64,000 nt of DNA from Octopus vulgaris (taxonomy: Eukaryota), in assembly GCA_951406725.2 (NCBI GenBank), contig OX597834.1, positions 36,704,001 to 36,768,000 of the forward strand. Reading direction: 5' to 3'. The position numbers were made by a program, and so were the translations under genes. Each line of letters opens with the position of its first letter. The first letter of the stretch is position 1. Shown piece after piece: positions 55,870 through 64,000 of this stretch. The notes below the pieces were generated by a model. It saw only the letters and a program-made list of their open reading frames with translations. It had not been told where the DNA came from and made no database searches.

Positions 55870-56060
55870 AGGGCGGGGATCTGGCAGAGTGCTTAGCGGC
55901 ATTTCGTCCGTCTTTGCGTTCTGAGATCGAATTCTGCCAAGGTCGACTTTACCGTTCATCATTTCGAGGTTGATTAAATACTTACCAATTGAGCACTGGG
56001 GGGTCGATGTAATCGACTTAGCCCCTTCTCTGAAATTGCTGGTCTTGTGCCAAAATTTGA
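55870..56060 (+). mobile_element. Degenerate family A SINE
   Basis: GGCGGGGATCTGGCAGA head, GGTCGACTTT..TTCATC body. Confidence 0.75.
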
Positions 56061-56079
56061 CACCAATATCTATCTATCA

Positions 56080-56168
<89 letters not shown>

Positions 56169-56741
56169 GTGTGTGGCTGTGTGGTAAGAACCTAGCTTCC
56201 CAACCGCATGGTTCCAGGTTCAGTTCCACTGCGTGGCACCTTCGGCAAGTGTCTTCTACTTTAGTGTCGACCGGTTAATAGCCTTGTGAGTGGATTTGGT
56301 AGACGGAAACTGAAAGAAGCCCCGTCGTATATATATGTATATACTCACAACACAGGAACTGAAGAACCAGAACCACAATTACTACTACTTCCTGTCCTGC
56401 AAACATGCTGAATTAAACAACACAACACATGCTCTTAATACCTTTGGATCTTAACACCTCAAGGTAATTTTTTCGTGAACAACCATAAAACTCAAGATAC
56501 ACAACGAACTCACAATGTATCGGAGAACTTATTTTTTAATTTTTGTACATTTTTATCATTATTCTTTTACAAAAAACAATGCAATTTTCTTTTTTTCCCC
56601 TTTCTAATTTTTAAAAAACTTTTTAAAACATAAATATTCTTGACAAGTCATACAATGACGAAAACCGGTTGAATAAATATATATTTATATATTTTAAAAT
56701 TTTCTTTCATTTGAGCATTCTGCATTTAAAAAAAAAAAAAA

Positions 56742-56808
<67 letters not shown>

Positions 56809-57478
56809 CGTGTGTGTGAGTGTTTGTGTGTGTGTATGTGTATGTGTATGTGTGTGTGTTTGTATCTGTCTGTACCCCACCACACGGCTTAACAACCGGT
56901 GCTGATGTGTTTACGTTCCCATAACCTAGCGGTTTGGCTTAAAAGACCGATAGAGTAAATACAAGGCTTAAAAAAATTAGTACATTCGACTAAACATTTC
57001 TTCAAGGCGGTGCTCTAGCATGGCCGCAATATAATGATAGAACCCAGTAAAAGATAAAAGAATATATGCATATACATATACATATACATATACATACATA
57101 ATATATACATACATTCATACACACACACACACACACATATAAAAACATAATACACATATATAAAAACATACATACGCATACATCTCTATCTACATAATCA
57201 TCATTAGTAATTTCTAAACATTGACACAAGGGCCACACACTGTATCTACAAGGGTTGGGCTTAGTCGCTTTAATCGATTCTCTGGAAAGAGGAAATAGAA
57301 ACTGGCTCCAACGGGATTTGAACACAGCGGGACACACATACATACAAACATACACCTTCTCCAGCGACCTACAGCAAAATCATTATCATTAACTTCACTT
57401 CCATTTTTTGTTTGTGCTGGACCTCATGTCTTGGACTCTTGCGACCAACGAAAAAAATTATCATTATTATTATTATTA

Positions 57479-57536
<58 letters not shown>

Positions 57537-57799
57537 GATTATTATTACTGGGTTCTCTGTTCTTTAAACTCGTCTTCCTCTTTGATAACAAACTTTCCAC
57601 TCATGACTGATTCCTGTCTTTGCTATATATATATATATGTCGTCGATCACAGAAGCGGAACCGTTTCCTCTGCTGATTCATAGAGCTCTGCCGGAAGTTG
57701 TATGTTGACGAAATACCTACTCGGCGATTCGGTTTCAATCCTTGAGAAAGTAAAACTGGCGGAAATATTTGACGATTAGCTGTTAATTATAATTGTTTG

Positions 57800-58000
57800 A
57801 AAGTTTGGCTCAAGGCCAGCAATATCGGCAGAGGGGTTATTGGGGATTACGTTGACCACCCCACCAGTGCTAATTTATCGACTCCGAAAGGATGAAAAGT
57901 AAAAGTCGACCCCGGCGGAATCGGAGCTCAGAACGTGAGGACAGACGAAACGCACCAAAACATTTTGCCCGGAGCGCTAACGACTCTATAAGTTCACCCC
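57800..58000 (-). mobile_element. Degenerate family A SINE
   Basis: TAATTTATCGACTCCGAAAGGATGAAA..AAGTCGACCCCGGCGGAAT on the + strand. Confidence 0.75.
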
Positions 58001-58032
58001 TTTTTAAATGCTAATTATATTGTACTATAGAA

Positions 58033-58263
58033 GGCGGCGAGCTGGCAGAAACGTTAGCACGCCGGGCGAAATGCGTAGCCGTATTTCGTCTGCCGTTACG
58101 TTCTGGGTTCAAATTCTGCCGTGGTCGACTTTGCCTTTCATCCTTTCGGGGTCGATTAAATAAGTACCAGTTACGCACTGAGGTCGATATAATCGACTTA
58201 ATCCGTGTGTCTGTCCTTGTTTGTCCTCTGTGTTTAGCCCCTTCTGAGTAGTAAAGAAATAGG
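58033..58263 (+). mobile_element. Full-length young family A SINE with 15-bp TSD
   Basis: Flanked by TATTGTACTATAGAA at 58018-58032 and 58264-58278. Confidence 0.93.
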
Positions 58264-58283
58264 TATTGTACTATAGAAATTGT

Positions 58284-58524
58284 GAAGGCGCGTGGCTTAG
58301 TGGTTAGGGCATTCGGCTCAAGATCGTAAGGTCGTGAGTTCAGTTCCTGGCGACACGTTGTGTCCTTGGGCAAGACACTTTATTTCACGTTGCTCCAGTC
58401 TATTTAGCTGGCAAAAAATGAGTAGGACCTGTATTTCAAAGGGCCGGTTTTGTCACATTCTGTATCAAGCTGAACTACATTAAGGGTACACATATCTGTG
58501 GCGTGCTCAGCCGCACGCATGTTA
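58284..58524 (+). mobile_element. tRNA-derived SINE (family E: head Y + CORE-like block + tail P)
   Basis: A box TGGCTTAGTGG, B box GAGTTCAGTTCC, GTGTCCTTGGGCAAGACACTT core, then ACCTGTATTTCAAAGGGCCGG..TAAGGGTACAC..TGCTCAGCC as in 5150-5250. Confidence 0.82.
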
Positions 58525-58785
58525 GGTGACCTCAAATAAAAATAAACAGCGCACATCCAGTTTCGGTCCCACTCTGCGGCACCTGGGGCAAGTATCTTCT
58601 ACAACCCCAGACCGATCAATGTCTTGTGAGTGAATTTGGTAGACAGAAACTGTGTGGAAGCCCATCGTATATATAATATAATATGTCTGTCTGTCTATCT
58701 GTTTGTCTGTCCATCTCTCAATCTGTATGCCTGCATGACTGTCCGTCTGCGTGTCTGTCTGTCACTTTGTTCCCTTCTCGCCCTT

Positions 58786-58823
<38 letters not shown>

Positions 58824-58930
58824 CACACACACACATATATATATATAAATCGATTGATAATAGATAGATAGATAAATGGACAGATACATAGATAGCAAGG
58901 GACAGTGAGATAGATAGATAGATAGATAGA

Positions 58931-59330
58931 TTGGTAGGTTGGTAGATAGATAGATAAATAGATAGATATATAGATAGATAGATTTGTAGGTTGGTAGATA
59001 GATAGATAAATAGATAGATATATAGATAGATAGATTTGTAGGTTGGTAGATAGATAGATAAATAGATAGATATATAGATAGATAGATTGGTAGGTTGGTA
59101 GATAGATAGATAAATAGATAGATATATAGATAGATAGATTGGTAGGTTGGTAGATAGATAGATAAATAGATAGATATATAGATAGATAGATTGGTAGGTT
59201 GGTAGATAGATAAATAGATAGATATATAGATAGATAGATTGGTAGGTTGGTAGATAGATAGATAAATAGATAGATATATAGATAGATAGATTGGTAGGTT
59301 GGTAGATAGATAGATAAATAGATAGATAGA
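58931..59330. repeat. 52-bp minisatellite, 8 copies
   Basis: TT(G/T)GTAGGTTGGTAGATAG.. starts at 58931, 58983, 59035, 59087, 59139, 59191, 59239, 59291. Confidence 0.95.
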
Positions 59331-59834
59331 TATACACAGAGAGAAGAGAGAGACATACATAAATGTGTGAGAAGAAACTCACACACACAGACATATACAT
59401 GCATACATACACACATACCTACGAACACGGCGGTACCTCGGCCTATCAACAGCTAATTACGACTTGGCAATAATAATAGTATCAGACTAAAAACTATAAT
59501 TAAATTGAATTCAAAGAAACTAAAGAGAAAACGCTTCTATTTTTCTTCTTTTCACATTTCCACATTTATCATTTTGATATAAATACGTATGGTAGACGTC
59601 TAGAACACCGGGTCTTCTAACGGAGCTGTCTTGAAGAAATGGCTGAAGAAAATTAACAAAAATTGATGAAATTTTTTCTGACTAAAAATGAATTCTTTGT
59701 AGGAACAGCTGGTACACATGCATCTCTCTCTCTTTTTTTTTCTCTCTCTCTCTCCCTCCCTCGTATATGTGTGTATGCATATCTATATGTACATATATGC
59801 ATGTAAATATACATATATAATACATACATACATG

Positions 59835-59908
<74 letters not shown>

Positions 59909-60114
59909 ACTCTTTTATATGTATTTACACGTTTCAGTCATTTGACTGTGGACATTCTGGAGCACAGGACTTATTCTTTTTAAGCCTAGGACTTATTCTA
60001 TCGGTCAAACGATGGTAGGTGGGGGAAAAACACAGAAACAAAGATACATGCACATAAATACATACATACATACATACATACATAGATACACACATCTATA
60101 TATCTATATCTATA

Positions 60115-60150
<36 letters not shown>

Positions 60151-60696
60151 TGTATGTATGTATGTATGTATGTATGTATGTATGTATGTGTGTATGTGTG
60201 TATGTGTGTATGTATCTATGAGTGTATGTGTATGTGTAAGTATGTATATCTCTGTTGGAATGCATCTGATGGGTGTTTGATCGGCGTAAAACACAAATAA
60301 ACTGCTCCTACTTAACAATACATACATACATTCATACATACATACATATATACATGTATACATACACACATACATACATACATACATACATACATACATA
60401 CATACATACATACATACATACATACATACATACATACGCACGTACCCACGTGCATACATGCATACAGACAATCATACATACTACATCAATCTATCCAATC
60501 ATACATAAATGCATGCATGCATACATTTATACATAAATACATAATACATACATACATGCATACATACATATATACATATATACATACATTTCCCACGCGA
60601 TTCTACACTTAAAAAAACGAACAATTCGCATTCCCGTGTTTTCCATGAAATTTATAGTTTTGTACCTTTGCAAGAAATATAAGAACACGTAACACG

Positions 60697-60749
<53 letters not shown>

Positions 60750-60886
60750 ACATACACAGACAAAATGAGAGTGAGAAAATGAAACAGACGGATAGACAGA
60801 CTGACAGTGATGTATATATGTGTCTATATGAGTATGTATGTATGTATATATGTATGTATATATATATGTATATATATATATGTATG

Positions 60887-61011
<125 letters not shown>

Positions 61012-61053
61012 ATAAAGCACCTATAGACAGACGCACATTTGCACATACACACA

Positions 61054-61086
<33 letters not shown>

Positions 61087-61586
61087 CTGGTTGTGGACTT
61101 CTTGTCCTGGTGCAATGCGAGGCGTGGGTTTCGACGGGGATGGGGGTGGGGTGGGGAGGGAGAGCCTAGAATGTGTCAATGCAATGCATAGACACAATCG
61201 TGATGGAATCACAACAGAAGCATGAATCCATAATATCTGTTGTGTTTTAAAAATGTGGAATGGTAGTTTGGTAACGAAGCGCGACGTCTTACTGCAATCA
61301 CGAGAAGAACTTCCAAAGTTTTCTGATCTCTTCTCTTGATAAACATAACAAAAGACGACCAACAAATTCGTCTTGATTGCTCTTCCCGCCGCCTCCGTTT
61401 TCCTCCTTGATTGCTCCCCTTTCGTTTGTTTCATTATCATTCGCGGAATGACGACAGAGGGCGTTGGTGGAGTTGCACTGGATTGAATGTCTACGCCTTG
61501 CAGTGTTTCAGTTTCGTTTTTGTTTGTTTTTGTTTTTGAAATTTTTTGTTTCGTTCTCTGATATTCTGCTTTTTGAAATGCGCTAG

Positions 61587-61660
<74 letters not shown>

Positions 61661-62094
61661 GCACGCACACACACACACACGCACAGACACACACACGCAC
61701 ATGCACACGCACACACACATGTACACACACACATGTATACACACACAGGCACACACGCACACACGCACACACACATACACACAGATACACACATACACAT
61801 GTACAAACACACAGTCACACACATACACATACACAAACATACACACACACACGCACACACACATGTACGCACATGCACAAGCACAAGCACACGCACGTAC
61901 ACACATACACACACACACATGCACACGCACACACACGCGCACATGCACACGCACACGCACAGACACATCTACACACGCACACACACACAAACACACACAC
62001 AAACACACACACGTACAATGGTACACTCCTATACATGTATGTGTTTGCATATGTATTTCTGGGCATGTATGTATGTCTATAAATGTATCTGTAT

Positions 62095-62277
62095 TGTGAA
62101 GAAGCTTGCTCCCAACCTCACGGTTCCGGGTTCAGTTCCCTCGCTCGGCACCTTGGACAAATGTCTTCTGCTACAGCCGCGTGTAGTAGATGGAAAGCTT
62201 TGTGAATGGATTTGGTAAATGGAAACTGAAAGAAGCTCGTAGTAAATATATGTATATATATATATATATATATGTGT

Positions 62278-62319
<42 letters not shown>

Positions 62320-62530
62320 ATGAATGTATGTGTATGTGTGTATGTGTGTTTGTGCTGTATTTGTCCCCATGTCGCCACTTGATACACGGTAGAGAATTGC
62401 GGTACCGTAAAAGGGACCAATAAAATAAGTACCAAACTTGAAAAAAAAATAAGCATTGCGGTCAACTTGTTCGAGTAAACCTCTTAAAGATGCCCCAGCC
62501 TGGCCGTTGTCCAGTGACTAAGGCATGTAA
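62095..62530 (+). mobile_element. Degenerate near full-length family B SINE
   Basis: Head, core, internal TA/TG tract and diverged tail. Confidence 0.8.
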
Positions 62531-62826
62531 AGTATAAACGAAAAATTAAAGGTATAAACTGTATTTAAAAATTCCAAACATAATCGAATTGGGGCTTTAG
62601 GCAATATGAACCTATTTAATAAACAACAGAATTTAGACGGAGAATGGAAGTTGCAAGCACCAGTGCCACACCAAAGCCAGACCTGTTCCTAATTTGCTCA
62701 GTGCTATATCGCATGAGGTGGAGGTGGTCATGGATCGATCAGTCGGGAAGCAGAAAACGCTTGCGCATCTCCAAGCGATGGTATGCATGGTGCTGTTGTC
62801 GGGACGGTGGTGTGATGGGGTCTAAT

Positions 62827-63160
62827 TGGTGGTGGTAGTGATGGTGGCGGTGGTAGTGGTGATGGTATTGGTGGTGATGGTGTTGGTGGTGGTGGTGGTG
62901 GTGGTGGTGGTGGTGGTGGTGGTGGTGGTAGTGGTGATGGTATTGGTGGTGATGGTGATGGTGGTGGTAGTGGTGGTATTGGTGGTGATGGTGTTGGTGG
63001 TGGTAGTGATGGTGATGGTGGTGGTAGTGGTGGTGGTGGTTGTGGTGGTGATGGTGATGGTGGTGGTAGTGGTGGTGGTGGTAGTGGTAGAGGTGGTGGT
63101 GGTGGTGTTGGTGGTGGTGGTGGTGGTGGTGATGGTGGTGATTGTGGTGACACTGGTGGT
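62827..63160. repeat. (GGT)n trinucleotide array
   Basis: Visible. Confidence 0.95.
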
Positions 63161-63394
63161 CGAGGTAGTAAAATTGGTAGTGAATACAGAAATGATTGCT
63201 CCAACATGGCCGCACTATAGTAACTGTAACAACTACAAGAATAAAAGAATGCGTTGATGGTAGTGGTGGAGATATGGGTTTGTGGCTTTGTTTTTTTGTA
63301 GCTGTAGCTGTTGTAGTAGTGTTGTCTGCGACGGTTTTGAGGATGGTAGTTCTGGCGACGATTCTTTAAACTCAACGATAACAACGAAAGAAAT

Positions 63395-63540
63395 ATTCTT
63401 TTCTACTTTGGGAACAAGGCTCGAAATTTTAGCGGAGGAGGCCAGTCGATTAGATCGACCCCAATACGCAACTGGTACATACTTTATTGATCTCGAAAGG
63501 ATGAAATGCAAAGTCAACCTCGGTGGAATTTGAACTCAGA
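63395..63540 (-). mobile_element. Family A SINE fragment
   Basis: GCAACTGGTAC..GAAAGGATGAAATGCAAAGTCAACCTCGGTGGAATTTGAACTCAGA on the + strand. Confidence 0.8.
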
Positions 63541-63714
63541 CCAGTTCTGCTGGATAAGGCTGTAAATTGAAGGAACATGACTTTTGTTATTTTCAACATT
63601 TCAGGGATTCCTTTATAATGAGTCCGACGCCAGTGCCGCCAGGGCTTCGCAATGATTACAAAGAATATTCCTGTCGCCAATGTTGTAACTTTCGGTCTTG
63701 TATTTATTCTTTTA

Positions 63715-63905
63715 TTCTTTTATTTGTTTCAGTCATTTGACTTTGACCATGCTGGAGCTTCACTTTTAGCGGAGGAAATCGACCCCAGGGACTTATTTTT
63801 GTAAGCCTAGTAATTATTCTATCGGTCTCTTTTGTCGAACTGCTAAGCTACAGGGACGAGAACACACCAACATCAATTGTCAAGCGATGTCGGGGGACAA
63901 ACTCA
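63715..63905 (-). mobile_element. Family B SINE 3' half
   Basis: TTGTTTCAGTCATTTGAC..CCATGCTGGAG tail on the + strand. Confidence 0.82.
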
Positions 63906-63926
63906 GACACACACACACACACACAC

Positions 63927-63995
<69 letters not shown>

Positions 63996-64000
63996 AGTTT

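Noticed and set aside
61171-61195. Small hairpin TGTGTC..GACACA as a possible miRNA
   Set aside because: Too short for a pre-miRNA and no recognised mature sequence.

Overview
Eukaryotic, AT-rich, gene-poor (intronic or intergenic) DNA, very dense in microsatellites ((TA)n, (CA)n, (TATG)n, (GATA)n, (AAT)n, (GAA)n, (GGT)n) and short interspersed repeats. The SINE families and microsatellite load resemble an octopus/coleoid cephalopod genome (inference, not verified). No intact host protein-coding gene is recognisable; almost all supplied ORFs are translations of simple repeats. Recognisable elements: at least four tRNA-headed SINE types that swap head/core/tail modules (several with 12-15 bp target-site duplications); a 3'-truncated, frameshifted pogo-superfamily DD35D DNA transposon (2044-3960, minus); a Penelope-like RT relic; mariner relics including a fold-back MITE; a U6 snRNA retrocopy fused to a SINE/LINE-type 3' tail; and a tRNA-His-like pseudogene. 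The most interesting signal is a dispersed set of short non-coding elements next to (TA)n/(TG)n tracts that carry minimal type-I hammerhead-ribozyme motifs of the Penelope/retrozyme kind, one within a perfect fold-back. There is also a perfect ~200 bp palindrome and a ~300 bp inverted duplication bracketing a candidate 40-nt exon. All alignments were made by eye; boundaries of degenerate repeats are approximate.
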